Positions 13,238 through 26,539 of a stretch of DNA of 64,000 nt are shown here, piece after piece. Below the pieces are notes generated by a model, which was not told the DNA's origin, ran no database searches, and worked only from the letters and a program-made list of their open reading frames with translations. A program made the translations under genes and the position numbers. The stretch covers positions 2,576,392 through 2,640,391 of the forward strand of contig NEEC01000017.1 in NCBI GenBank assembly GCA_002189035.1, written 5' to 3'. This DNA comes from Utricularia gibba. Its lineage: Eukaryota; Plantae; Magnoliophyta. Within the stretch, counting starts at the first letter, position 1. The number at the start of each line of letters is the position of its first letter.

Positions 13238-13837
13238 TTATCTATCCATGTATCCGTCGTCCCCGTCCTCCGTCTGTACAGACTGCTGGAACTCAGCATC
13301 CATTAAAACGCCATCCATTACGTGAATCAGCAAGCTTCCCTTCTTTTTCATCGCAACCGCAGAAAGCACAGAATTTGCCACCACCCTTTGATCCGAAGTC
13401 CTGCGCACGTATAACTGGAAGCCCGAGATTGAATCGTACGCCTTTTCCTCACCCAACTCCAAATCCTCCAGAGAAATCCATCGAGGAACCGTGGAGAAGG
13501 CTAGGACTCGAGTGAGAACCGCATATGTGTTGCTATCGTTGCGCTCCAGCCTCAAGTCGCGGTGGAAGGCCTTCTCGGACGGCAGGAAGACTGTGAAGCG
13601 AAGATCTTCGGGTAACATCCCCAGTACCATGTCTCCAAACTCTCCGATGTCGTTGCTAGTGTATGAATTTTTATCCTGGAATTTAGATTCGGGTGGGGCA
13701 AGTTCTGAGTCACCTCCCATGCTTCGGAGGTGGATTGCTGGGAGAATCTGTATTGTGGCAGAAGCAGCGAAGATGATTATGCATATGATTTTGAGTGGGG
13801 TTTTCAGTTTCGTCGCCCCCATTGTTCTTCTTCTCAT
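13238..13837 (-). CDS. Fasciclin (FAS1) domain protein, single exon, 199 aa
   Basis: N-terminal hydrophobic segment; FTVFLPSEKAF (H1-like) and IHVMDGVL (H2-like) fasciclin motifs. Confidence 0.82.
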   Translation of the reverse strand: MRRRTMGATKLKTPLKIICIIIFAASATIQILPAIHLRSMGGDSELAPPESKFQDKNSYTSNDIGEFGDMVLGMLPEDLRFTVFLPSEKAFHRDLRLERNDSNTYAVLTRVLAFSTVPRWISLEDLELGEEKAYDSISGFQLYVRRTSDQRVVANSVLSAVAMKKKGSLLIHVMDGVLMDAEFQQSVQTEDGDDGYMDR

Positions 13838-14689
13838 ATGTGCCAGAAGCGATCAATATTGGCTGGCCTCAGGGATGAGTTGACTTGAAGGAACTGGTAG
13901 ATCACATCGGATCGGAATCTGAAAATTTCAAGTTAAATTATGCCGTGAGGGCTCAATAATAAATGTGTTGACCTGAGCTCACTTGCAGTTCTGTAATGGC
14001 ACACACTTTCATATCCTAGGTCTGGGTCTGGCTCAACTCAAGCTACTGATGTTAAGCGTGTAGAAGATTTAGTTAGATATGTTGAATTTAGAATAGGAAG
14101 ATGTGCAGAACCTAGATTAGTGCCATGGATTCGCACTTAAAGTCTTTCTTAGGTCGCTTACCTAGAACTTCATCATGAATAGCCTGTGCTGTTTTCTTTC
14201 AGTTTCTCATCAGTTCTCTGATGCTGCGTACTTCACAGCGTGGCGCATTTATAATCTACACTTCTCCCTTCTCAGGTGTCTGCAGCCTGGTAGTAGGGAA
14301 GTTGGGTATCGTCAATCATGCGCAGGCATTGAAGCTCCAAGCGAAGCTCGTCTCACATCTGAGGCTGCACATGATCGCAGACACCCTCCCACATCCTTCT
14401 TTTATTCGAATCCGAGGGGACATGTCTCAAATGCTGGTTTTGGGCTAGGGAGAGGAAGATCGGTGCGATCGAGGTTGCATTTCTTCGCATGGGCTGGCCT
14501 GTAATATCGGTACTGATTTGGGTTATTTCCAGCACAGAGTCCCCTGTGTGGGATTCCAGATAAATAGGGAACGTCAAAGAATCTTGATAGTCATTGAAGA
14601 TTCAGTGGGGCACTAACTGCTCAAAATGAGGTGCAAAACAACAGTTGGAGAATCCACAGGAGCCTCATTCCAAACTCAACCCAGAATTG

Positions 14690-15246
14690 TTAGGAGGATT
14701 GAACTATAGTATAGGGGGAGTGACACTTGCGCAGCATGGCGGTTTTGGTACCTATTTCCATGGCGAAGGTAACATGTCCAACAGCACGCGATCCGCCGTC
14801 ACCTTTCCACATGAGTTCCCGCCGCCCGCTCACCCTCCCCGGCGCCATGACTAACGGAACCGTCGTCCCTCCGAAGGGAAAGATCCCCCGTGTTGGCCCC
14901 ATCTGCATCTCTTGTAGCCATTTATAGATTTCAATATGCAAGAGCGATTCCGGAGCGCTGGGATCGATGGGAATCAAATCGCGCGCGTGCAGTTCACAAG
15001 TGTAGCCGGGCAAGACAGCAACATCAGCGAAAACCTTGTCCCTCATCTCGGGATCAATCCACACAAAGATCCGGTAACAGTTTGGGCGTGGATCTTGGGA
15101 GGGTTGGGACTCGTCGATTCGGAGGATATCCACCAGCGCGGAGAGCTCCGGGAGGATATTTTTCTCCTCCGCCCCGCGGTGGGTGTCGGCATAACCGGCG
15201 ATCTCTCTCTGTCTGCCCCCCTCACCTTGATTATATGTTTCTTCAT
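14690..15246 (-). CDS. Tentative divergent C2-like domain gene; 5' end uncertain
   Basis: ORF 14690-15133 (YRIFVWIDP...LIPIDPS...LLHIEIYK...VGHVTFAMEI) has the alternating beta-strand pattern of plant C2-like proteins. The frame stays open upstream without an ATG; the ATG at 15246 joins it only if one base is added. Confidence 0.45.
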
Positions 15247-15575
15247 TCTTTTGGCGTCAGGCAAGGGCAGCTTAAAAAACAGAAATAACATTTCCTCCGA
15301 CTTATAACACATTTCGGCTGCGGGTGGGCTCACATCTCAATGCAACGGCTACTGGGCCCTTCCCAATTTCAATGTTGTTTCCCCCTTTCTTTCTTTCTTT
15401 CTTTCTAGGAGTTGTACGTGTACATCTCTGTTTTAAAAACACGTAAATTACTTATCGAGGGCGGATCAAGGGAAGTTCGACTTTTCTTCACGGCACCCCT
15501 TGGGCTCATCGAATCAAATGCGACTCAACTTCTGTCTCTGGATCGCAGCCTCGAATTGCACGACTCCCGGACACC

Positions 15576-18060
15576 ATGTCAGACGCTTTGATCAACGGCC
15601 TCGCCGGTGCCGGGGGTGGGATAATTGCTCAGCTCCTTACCTACCCTCTCCAGACTGTACGTAAGATTCCTATTTTCTTTTCTCTTCCGCCTAGCCCCTT
15701 CTCTTGCTTTCTCGGCGTTGGATTTTGGATTCTGTGCTTCTTACGTCTACCCCCACTTTGCACTTCATGCTTTTGACTGCCTTTTTCTTTTATCGATTAT
15801 ATGCCAACTATGCCTGCGGTATTGCGATCGCGTCTGGTTTTTTGTAGGTAAATACACGGCAACAAACCGATCGTGACCCTGGGGATGGAAGAAGAATGTT
15901 GGGACCTTGGAGCAGATGTTTCAGGTCCCGTAATTTTAGTATTTTACATGTAACTGTTTCACTCTTCCTCGTTTCCCTGGGAGAACGATGCATCATCACG
16001 TTTAGGTTATAAAGCAAGAGGGGTGGGATCGACTGTACGGAGGATTGGCTCCATCTCTTGTCGGAACAGCTGCCTCTCAGGTAACGATATCGGTCGTGGA
16101 GAACGACAAATATCCTGCGACCCCCATCGCCAAACGGCTAAAGTTGCCTCGTGATGGGCACCCGTTTTCTTTAATCTATCGTGGTCATTTCTTGATTTTG
16201 TGACACATCGTTTGTCTTTTAGTTGGTGAACCTCAAAAATACAATTTTGAGGGTATTATCCGGCAAGCTTATTTTTTTACTCAATGGAATCTATCTTCTT
16301 TAAGTCAGTCCATGTCTTCCAGGTTACTCTTGGTTTTAGAGTAATGGTGTTATACCGTCATAAGTATGATTGCTATATTCTTAGTTGAGTACATGCGTGG
16401 TATACAGTGGAATTTATAATTTCCCTTGAAAATTTCACTGGCTTCCCATATGTGTTCTATAACGAGTTGTCATTTGTCTTATATTATCAATTTCTATTGT
16501 ACAGGGGGTTTATTATTACTTCTATCAAATATTCAGAGACAAGGCTGAAGCTGCCTCCCTAGAACGGAAGAAGAGAGGCATTGGTGATGGATCGGTTGGG
16601 GCATTGTCGTCACTTTTGGTTGCTTGTCTTGCGGGGTATTTGGAGCTTCTTTTATAGACTTCTCATCTGAATAAACTTCTTCAATCTATGTACTCTTTGT
16701 TTTACAATCTGGTCCAGTGCACCGGAACTTGATTTGCTTAGTATTTGCTCTTATTTTCTGAAAGATACTGAACTTAACGGCAAATGCTAAAAGACTATTA
16801 ACTGAGGTCGATGTTTTATGATTAAACCTTATTCTGGTTGTTGATGCCAAGTAATGACTTCTGAGTCCTTTTTCTTTTTATCCTCAGGTGTGTAAATGTA
16901 CTGATAACAAATCCTATTTGGGTGGTTGTTACACGCATGCAGGTAAGGCTGTCCTTCCTTGTATCTTAATTCTGAAGCAATGAGAAATAAATCAGATGTT
17001 AAACTTCTCTAAAGCAATCATTATGCAGACTCACACAAAGAAAAGCCAAACAAATCGTTCTAGGTCTTTGTCGTCTAATGTTTCTGAGCTTCCTCCAGGA
17101 ACTAACCATACGGTAAGTTCACAAGCATGGCATATATTTGTATCTCACTTTATTTCTCATAGTCAAAGCACAAGGAACCTCCAGTTACATTTATGAAGTC
17201 TATTATGCAGATTCGGGAAGTCTATGATGAGGCAGGAATTTTCGGATTCTGGAAAGGTGTTTTCCCCACATTGATCATGGTATGGGCAACAGACAACTAC
17301 TCAGCGGTTCTGGGATGTTCATTGATGATCTTATTTGCTGCCATAGGTCAGTAATCCTGCTATACAATTCATGCTTTACGAGACTCTCTTGAAGAAATTA
17401 AAGAAGCGACACACATCAAGTAGCAAGGGGAGCAATGACGTCTCAGCGATGGAGGTGAACAGTGCTTTGATCTATAATTTTTCTGCATTTGATTCTATTT
17501 CCTTTTCCATAGATCTCCATATCTATTATTTCTAGATATTTTTACTTGGAGCCCTAGCAAAACTTGGAGCCACAATTGTAACATACCCTCTTCTTGTTGT
17601 TAAGGTAATGAATCTGCGTTTCAAATATTTATTGACCCTTCACATTTTTTTGGTGCCAAAGGGATAAGTAGCTTCTTTCCCACGGTAATAAGCTCTATGT
17701 TTTTTTATTTCAGTCGAGACTGCAAGCCAAACAGTCAGCGAGTACAGACAAGAGGCATCATTACAGAGGTCTGTTGAGACCTCTTCTGGAGCGTGTGTTA
17801 TGTAGAATGGAATTTACTGTGCGATCATTCGCCAGGAGTGAAACTCAACCTCCACTCGGCCTCCAATCTATGCAGGCACTGTTGATGCTGTACTAAAGAT
17901 GGTTAGGTACGAAGGAGTCTATGGTTTTTACAAGGGAATGGGCACAAAAATGGTACAAAGTGTTCTCGCAGCTGCAGTTCTTTTCATGGTTAAGGAGGAA
18001 CTCGTCAGGGGTAGCAGGTGGTTGTTAACTAGAGGTGCAGTGAATTCTAAGCCCGTGTGA
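15576..18060 (+). CDS. PXN: Peroxisomal NAD carrier (mitochondrial carrier family); one apparent 1-nt deletion in exon 2
   Basis: MSDALINGLAGAGGGIIAQLLTYPLQT / VNTRQQ / VIKQEGWDRLYGGLAPSLVGTAASQ / GVYYYFYQIF / CVNVLITNPIWVVVTRMQ ... GFYKGMGTKMVQSVLAAAVLFMVKEEL...SKPV*. Confidence 0.92.
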
Positions 18061-19383
18061 ATGTTTGGCGTTCATAATTCTACAGCCAGTGGATAGAGGA
18101 CATGATCTGCAGTGAGCTGGTAGGTTGTGAATATGTATCATTCAGCCATCTGGAGCATATGTACTTGATAAGAAAGGAGATTTCGCGTTCTTGGACGGTG
18201 GCATGTATGTTGGGAAACGCTGCGCTGGTTGCATTTGATTGAAGACTTATGAATGCCTTTTTTTTAATAAAAAATTGCAACATGTCCCTCAGTTTTATAT
18301 AATTCTCAAATATATTTGTGCCTGTGTGCGGTGTTTAGCCTCCCCCGGATGAATTTAAATATAAATGGCGTCTATTATAATTGGTCTACACGAGCCGAGC
18401 CTGGGGGTGGCTTTCTCCAGATATTTTACCCGTTCCACAGCTTCATTCTGAGATTACTTTATTCTCTTTCGGTTGTGTAAGATCCTACCTTATACAACGG
18501 AAGGATATAAAAGCAATTACTTTATTGTTATGAATAACCTTTTTATTAATTTAAGAGTGTGCGGTTGGTTATATATCAGGTATTGGGAAGTATGGAACTT
18601 GTTGGTTTTCGATGGGTTCAGCTATATCTGTTTGTGGGTGCGCTGAAATTGATTTTGGCATGTTAGCTCTATGGTTTTCACTCTTTTCTTGCTTTTCTAT
18701 GGCATGTGTTCAGTTACTATGCTTATTAGTACAATGCTCCACAATTCTGGACTGTGGATGTTTTAACTTTTTTGGAATCATCCATTCTATCACATTTGAC
18801 ACTTGAAATTGCAGGTGTCTGTGATCAGCACTGCATGCTGGATTCTATCTTAGAACCGTTCGACTGTTCATGTCTAGGGTTGGTTCCATTTTCAGCCACC
18901 TGGGAAGGTCTGTGCGGTATATATATGAGAATAGTGCGATGGATGCTTCCAGCAAAGCCTTCATCCTCCAGCGGTGATCAGGATGGACATAGAGAATGAT
19001 CAACCATCGTCTCCCTTTTGGGTGGAAATGCGTGTACAGACAGACATGACACACTTTTGCGCTGGGGCGCCTGGGAGCGTTTGCTGCATTTAGGCTTCAT
19101 CCTTCCGTACGGTGAACTTTGCAAATGCGCAACCTTGGTTGGGGTACCTGGTTGATATTATTGATCCAAAATGGGTTCTGATACTTCACACATGAAACCC
19201 AGCCCCATGTTGGGGTAAGGATTATGAAAACTGATGATCAACATACCAACTCGGTTTGGGGTCACTTCACTTCGGAAAAGAAGCCAGCCGTAACAACAAA
19301 GAAGCTGGATGGGTATTGCTGCTGATGCAGAAAAGATTCCAAAAAATGAGGTACGGTATGGTGTGGGAGGAGGCCTCGGGGCA

Positions 19384-21050
19384 TCAAGCTGCAATCCCAA
19401 CTGGCTCAGTGGCCTTGAGCCTGGATGATCCGTAAAGCGTCTCCTCGAATCGAATGATTTCATTCTTGGACCCGTAGGCTACTTGTGTTCTGTCATCAAG
19501 ACTGTTGATCACCTTATCCAGCACAGACTGCTTCCCATCGCTGCTGTACCCACCGGCTTTCTCGATCAAGAATCCCAGTGGCGCCACTTCAAATAGCAAC
19601 CGGAGCTTAGCCTTGGCAGATGGGCTTGCCACGTTGGTAAAAACTCCCTTCTCTTTCACAATGATCTGCAACACGCAGCACTCACTCATCCTATTCCCAT
19701 TCATTGGAAGGGGGCATCTGACTCACCTGATTAACGTCTGGCACCATCCCTCCGGTGTAGCGCAGGGTGTACTTCTCCCGGACGTAGTAGTCGATCAGCT
19801 GCGTCCATCTTGTAACATGTTAATTTACTAGGAACGCACTTGCGAGCAACAAAGAAAGGAAAAGCAACCTTGGCGTAGTCTGGGTTGTCCGAAGTGGCCC
19901 TCAGGTTTCCAGGTGAGAACATCTTTCCTTCTCCAATGGACGTCGTGTCCTTGACGTGTTGCCATTTTCCTGGTGGATGGGGAGAATTGGATACATAACA
20001 ACGAGGAATTCGACTCATGTGCTAAGAAACCTTCATCTAGTAGGAGGAACTCGTGTGTTCCGGGCACATCCTTGAGAGCTAGGACGTATGTAGTTCTGGG
20101 CCCAAAAATCCCCATTGCTGCAGCAACCTGTTGTGCTCCGGTGATGCCCGTGAGTTTGCTTCCCGGCCACACCCCAAATATTGTGCCCACTGTGAAGTTG
20201 GTGTCCACTATGCTCGAACCATCCAGTGGATCAAACGCCACACTGAACCCCCCTGCATCGTTTCCAATTCATGCAGACAGCAGCAGTAGTAGTAGTAGAA
20301 AGTAGCTTATGAGGTGAATAAAGAGACCTTCGGGTGGTCCCTGCATGTCTTGGAGCTCAGGGACTTCCTCGGAGCAAGCGTAGTTGCAGAAATGCGAATA
20401 TTGCAACGCCTACCGAGTTGATTCGCATCAAGTCAGAGAAAGAGAAAAAGAGCAAAAAAAGTGAGATGTGGGTACCTCGAAAAGAAGCTTGTTTGCGAGC
20501 AAGTCAACCGCGAGCTGCTCGTCTCCAAAGGTGTTAACGCAGGCTGTTCCACCACAGGAAGCAGTTCTTACCTTGAAGGCGATGGTGCGCAATGCTTCTC
20601 CCATGCACATGAGCAGCCTGATGAGGCCCTTATCCGGAGTCGACTTTGTCAGGAACTCTTCCTATGAGCATCACCAGATTGATTAAATAATGGACTGCTT
20701 GTGTTTGTTTGCCAACAAGGGGATGGGAATTTACCAGACTGTCGCCAATTTCACACCTTGTGACCAAGGAAGACGATGAATTGTTGGACTTGACCTTGAC
20801 AGAGTTGAGCCTTGATTTGGGCACGATACGCAGGGACTCTCCAAATATGGAGCTCGGCTTCAAATTCTGAGAAGCACACCCGATTGCACAATTTAACAAG
20901 TCCCCAAGTGCTTTGTATCCTGGGGCGAAAAACACAAGAAGAAAAAGGGACCTTGGTGGTGATGGCATAACGAGGAGCAGAAGCAGCAATGGAGTGGTTG
21001 TGCGCGGAAGGCGGCGAGATGAAGCAGGAGATACCAGCAGCAGTCTCCAT
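19384..21050 (-). CDS. SBPASE: Sedoheptulose-1,7-bisphosphatase, chloroplastic
   Basis: Transit peptide METAAGISC...; CEIGDSL / EEFL...[25 protein letters not shown] / [24 protein letters not shown] / [13 protein letters not shown] / [20 protein letters not shown]. Confidence 0.96.
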
Positions 21051-21771
21051 GGGAACAGCAGCGCAGATGAGGGATACGCAGCAGCCCCACCCTTTTGAGT
21101 GCAATACGATGATGATCAGACTTGAGCTCACCAGGAACAAGAAGTTGAACTTGATCCAGTGTTATGGAGTCTCCAGTCGATGAGGATAATGCAGCTAACG
21201 ATCGGAGGACACGTGGTGCCCCCACATGGGCTGGATGATAATTTCTATTTCTTTCCCGTAATCGCTTTCCTTCCGTTCATTGTTTTGTTATCCGTATGTA
21301 TTTGTTTGTGGCCAACGTCGTCTCGTGGCCTGGCCTTCTTATCAATGCCTGCGAGTTGCATCGCTCCGTCGGAGCTGCAGCCCATCGATTGCCATTTGGG
21401 TTCTTGCAACAGGCCGATAGTGGGCTCCACATCTCTCAAAAATTCAGAACAAGTGCTACACAAGTATAAAACGGCTACCCCAACACTTGTGATGTCAGCT
21501 GGGCAACACAATAGGGAGGGGTGCAGTAGTAGTAGCAGTAGTCTCTCAAGTCTTGGATGAGAAAGAATGCATGCCAACAACTTAATCCAACTGCGGGTGG
21601 GTATTCCCCAGTTTTATTCTTGTCTAAACCGAGCTTGGCCCTTGACACGTATACATCCATCTTACAAGCAGAAGCAGAAACAACATTTGCAGCAGCAGCA
21701 ACAGCAGCTCTTCTTTGATTTTAAAGATATGCAACTGCAAGGAAACCGAGTATATGCCCTTGCTACTTGTA

Positions 21772-23415
21772 TCATGTACTCAGTTGGGATCGCTTTTTTG
21801 CTTCGCTGTAGAGGATTACACCCACAACAGTGAGTAAATATCCTAGCATACCCGTCACCGAAACAGGGTTCCTGAAGATCAATATTGAGATCACCACTGC
21901 AACTGCTCCCTTTGCATTTCCAAGTACCTGTAACAGCATCACCAGCACCAACAACAAACAACAAGACGGCATCCGGATGAGAGCTGAGAGCAAGAGCCAA
22001 AGAAGACTAATACGTTTAGCTTATAAAGGATGGTAAATGTACCTGGAGGGTGAGAGCACTGGTGTGCTTTGTCACCAGAAAATTGGTCAAATTCACAAAA
22101 TAGGCCAGTGATGAATTAAATAGCAGCAGCCAAATTATCCCACTGTCGTTCCTTGATAAGGCCAATGCGACACCAACTACGTTCTTCTCCATAAACAGGG
22201 CCGCAGGAAGCAAAAGCATTACAGCCACCGGAGACATGTACATGAGCAGATTCATGGAATTTAGTTTTTCTCTAGAGACAACACAAAAGACCAATCAGTT
22301 TCAGTGTTCATCTCTTCCCTACCGAAGCGGGTGATGAAATATACACATATACTATACCAAATTCAGTTTTACCCTTCTGCAGACAGCAAGATGCCTTGAA
22401 CCACTGATTTCAAAGCCCTTGCAGCAGTTGCACCAACACACATGATGAATCCAAAGAGATGGAAGCTAGGCTCACCCTGACACCAAGACCAATAAAAAAT
22501 AATCGCATCCCATAAAATTCAAGTGACTGACTGCATGGAAGCTTACACAAACTTCCGTATGCATTGCATAGCATGACTACCAGGATATTATAGATGCGAG
22601 AAAAAAATGTAGCATATTCTTATCTATACTACGGTATCTTCTATCCAAAGTCACCATAACTGACAGCATCACAGGCTAGTTTTTCCCTCTTTCCCTCTAC
22701 GGTTTTCACGAAGCAAATCACCTTATGTCACACAGAAAACAAGGTTACACCTTTTTCTCAGACTGTTAACCATCTGTCGGAATCATAGGTAAGATTATCA
22801 TGTCCTAAGACGACTGAAGGACATAATCAAACAGTCTAATCAATTCAAGCACCACGAGAACCTAGAAAACTGTAACAGATTATCATCGACCTTCAAGGAA
22901 TATACTTCAAATCAAAACACAAAAAGGGTTGATATTATTCAAGCTAAAATAACAGCAGCACATACCCCACTTGCGATGATTACTCCAGTGACGACGGGTA
23001 CCAAAGTGAAGTAAGTCAACCAAGCCTCCGTCTCCAGCGTCATCAAATAAGCGAAGACTGCAGTAAAGAACGGTGTAGTGGCGCCAACGGCTTGAGTAAA
23101 GCTAACAGGCAAATATTTGAGGGAAATATTTCCGCTAACAACCGAATAGCAAAAAATGGCACTAAGTCCGGAAATTTTCAGGAACTGGCTTCTAGATCGT
23201 ATGGTCTGCATGGGGACAATCTTCAACCAAACTATGGCGATGTAGCTCAGCAAGGAGCAAGCCGTCATGTGGCACATGGTCAGGAAAATGGGATACTTGA
23301 AACCGTAATTGCTGAGTAAGAACTTGTTGAGTATCAAAACTCCAATGTTGGATGAGTACCATGATGCCACTAAACCAATGGTGAAAAGTCGGTCGGACGC
23401 TTTAGTCGTGGACAT
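21772..23415 (-). CDS. Sugar-phosphate/nucleotide-sugar translocator (TPT family), 4 exons
   Basis: [32 protein letters not shown]...[16 protein letters not shown] / [28 protein letters not shown] / EKLNSMNLL...[15 protein letters not shown] / [21 protein letters not shown]. Confidence 0.92.
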
Positions 23416-24576
23416 GGTCGAGGCAATCACAAAGAATCGATCCCAGCCAACTCCAAAGGTGCTAATTGAACACACTGAATAATAGACAGAATCGAGAGGT
23501 GGGCTGGTAAATATAAGATCCGGGCTGATCTACAAGGGCTAAAAATGGACCGCTTGTAAGAGAGAAAAAAGGGGGGATCTCACCTCACCAACATTCGTGG
23601 CGGAGCTGGGAAAATTCAATGACTCAAAAGCAATCACAAACCACAGAAAGCCCAGCAGTATGAACAAGGCAGCAGCAAATAAGGACAAACAGAAGCCCGT
23701 CGGGTGTGGTGGGCAGAGAGAAGGTCAGCTGGGCAGGGGTTCCCTCCAAAAGCAGCCTCCCTGAAAATGAATATGCTGCTGATCTAGGAAAAGAATTGTT
23801 GAGGAGGAGGCATCATCTCGAGTTTAAGTGGAGTTGTTAACTGCTAGTGCAAGAAAACACTCACTCAGTCGGCAACCGGAGGGGTGATTGCGAACGGGAA
23901 CTCCTCCTCCCTCCTGTCCGTGTGAAGTAAAATGTACGGTGTCTGACTTGGGAACTCAGATCGCTGGCTGGTCACTCTCTCTTTCTGATTATTTTACAAT
24001 TAGTTTCCGTTGGTAACGCTAATTTCCTTGCTTGGTAGTTACTTCATCATCATCAACCACAACCCACAATTTCCGTTACGCCATCAATGTTGGAACTGAA
24101 TTCAGCTCCTACTAATAAAACCAGCAGAATTGTATAGTAGTATTTTATTACATGCTGCTGGAAGCCTGGAACCAACCACATGACTACCGAACCCTCTGTC
24201 TCTGTGCTACGGTCGCGGGCGAGGACGAGGGCGTTTGCCGTTAGAATGAAGTTTTTCAAGGTACACAAAATCGGCGTGGATGTACACATTGAATAATGAG
24301 GGGGTAATGAAGAGAGGAGAGGAGGGGAGAGGAGAGAGTACCTTCTTTTAATTTATGGGAGGTGGGAAGAAAAAAAGCCAAAGGCTGTGGTGGACGGACG
24401 GGCCCCAATTTGGAACGCAGCCACTAAACTGCGCCCACGCTGGATCAAGTAGATTAGGGTGGGCGCTACTTGCAGTTGGGACCATTGAAATTCAACCTGA
24501 ACCCAATATCTGCTTTATTTTGGCAACACCAGACTGAAAGATGAATCATGACCAAGTTGCCTACAATGTATGACAA

Positions 24577-26266
24577 TCAACAAGATTCATGGTCTTCCTC
24601 ATTCTCACATCCACAATCATCCTCATCAATGTCACTCACACTGGCCTGCAAGCTTTCAAGCTGGGCTGTCGCTGACTGTGCAAAAGCAACCAGAGCATCT
24701 CTTGCCAATTTAACTGGCTGAGTTTCAACATCGTCTGTCGCTTTACCCCTCTTGCTCTCAAGCTTCCTACTCCTCATCCACACCGCTTGTCGCTTGGCAT
24801 TCCTACGAAGCAGTTCATCTATGTACCTGTAATGCAAAGCCTTGTTCTTTATTGGCTTCAAAACAGGGGGACTATCAATAGCACCGCCAGCTTCCTGAAT
24901 CTCCACCTCGACCTGCTGCTTTCTATGGGCTGATGATGCCTCGCTGCACTCATGAACAAGGCTACAAGACTTTTGAGATTTTAATGGTGAAAAAAATGCA
25001 CCAATTTGGAAATCTAGAAAAACTGGATCAGTTAACGGCTCCAGGGCAGCGAAGTAATCGCCTTCATGACCTTTGTTTTCATCCTTTTGCTTTTCCAAAA
25101 GACGTCTAACTCTCCTCTGCACTTGAATCCTATTTATTCTGCGAGGCTTGAGCTTCATACCACCTTTATTTGCAGGAATGAGTAGCAACTTACTTGCAGA
25201 GAACGAGGGGGTGATACTGGCTTCTTCCTTATTCCCCTAGAACGTGGTGCCCGTGCTGTTTTCCTCGGAAGATCCGCATATGTTTTGTCAAAGCATTCCT
25301 GTGCTGATTTCCCAGACACCTGCATCAATCAAGGTTCTGAGATGCACAAGAGAAAAGCAGCGGTATCTTATGAATATACAAGTTGAGACATGATAAACAC
25401 AGGAAAGAGGGCGCAGTAGCAGTGGGTAGGCTGCATTATACCAAAAGGATACACTCTCTCGGTTGAACGATTTTCCAGTTGAATCCGAGCGCAATAAGGC
25501 TAATCTTGCGTACGCATCCACATTTACAAGCAAATCTGAATTATCTGGCAAACCAAGAAACTAGCAGGATGTACATATTTACCATCATTGCCACTTCCTT
25601 CCAGAAATTGGGCGTTGGCTTTACGGAAAAAAAAGCTCTACTCAGCGCCAATTCTTGTTCATGCGTCCAACCCTGAAGTAACTGAATCTTTTCATTGACT
25701 TGATCACAATCCATCTCTTCTATCTCATTATTCTCGGACTCCTTGACAGGTTTTTTATGATGGAATCTGGGTGATTCACGGAGATGAGAACAAGGTTTCT
25801 TCACAACTTCAAGGACCCCCTCACCGTGGTTGAGTATGGGTGATCTTCTGAGCGGATTACTTGTTTTCTTCTCGGATTCTGTGTGAAGGAATCTTGGTGA
25901 TTTAGGGAGAAGAGTGTTTGGTTTCTTCACATCACCTACGACACTCTCTCCGTGGCTGAATCTGGGTGATCGTCGGAGCAGACTCCTAGATGTCTCCTCG
26001 GACTCTGTGAGAGTCTGTGCAGGATGAAATCTCGGTGATTTACGGAGATGAGTCTTTGCAGTGTTGACGACCCCCTCCCCGTGGCTGAATCTGGGTGATC
26101 GTCGGAGCAGACTCCTAGATGTCTCCTCGGACTCTGTGAGAGTCTGTGCAGGATGGAATCTCGGTGATTTACGGAGATGAGTCTTTGCAGTGTTGACGAC
26201 CCCCTCTCCGTGGCTGAATCTGGAGGTTTTTTCATCGACACCCCGGCGGTGGGTCGTATGCCGCAT
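24577..26266 (-). CDS. SANT/Myb-like domain protein with N-terminal LR(R/K)SPRF repeats; one apparent 1-nt deletion
   Basis: Repeated SPRF motifs, then GWTHEQELALSRAFFSVKPTPNFWKEVAMM / VSGKSAQECFDK (SANT-like W...W...F pattern split by an intron) and a basic C-terminal region. Confidence 0.75.
25946..26223. repeat. 129-bp (43-codon) coding tandem repeat, about 2.1 near-identical copies plus two diverged copies
   Basis: Anchor CGTGGCTGAATCTGG at 25951, 26080 and 26209; I see 2 substitutions between the full copies. Confidence 0.95.
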
Positions 26267-26539
26267 TTTGTCGAGGGGGAGAGCAGGAGCAGCAGGGAAT
26301 TGTAATTCTAGAACCAGGAAGGGCAAGTGAAAGTCCATCTAAGTTCAAAATTCAAAAGGAAGACCCCGTGGCCGTTGATTGGAGGCCATCGCACCCCCGC
26401 CGTTGGATCCAGATGACGGAACCCCCAGTGTAGAGAAGCATAGCCCAAATACACTATACCAAGGGTGCACTGCCACAATCCCCTAATGTCATACTTTAGC
26501 AAGAGCATATGCTGCTGTTACCATAAGCAACCGCATCAG

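Noticed and set aside
14175-14504. Plus-strand ORFs with splice-like signals
   Set aside because: No recognisable protein; could be UTR or lncRNA but unsupported.
18433-18443. TTCCACAGCTT, first 11 nt of miR396
   Set aside because: Partial match only, no hairpin partner seen.
18600-19100. Short ORFs between PXN and SBPase
   Set aside because: Intron-like composition, no coherent gene model.
25165-25194. GTAAGT...AAAG mini-intron rescuing the SANT gene frame
   Set aside because: Only about 30 nt long, and splicing it leads straight to a stop.
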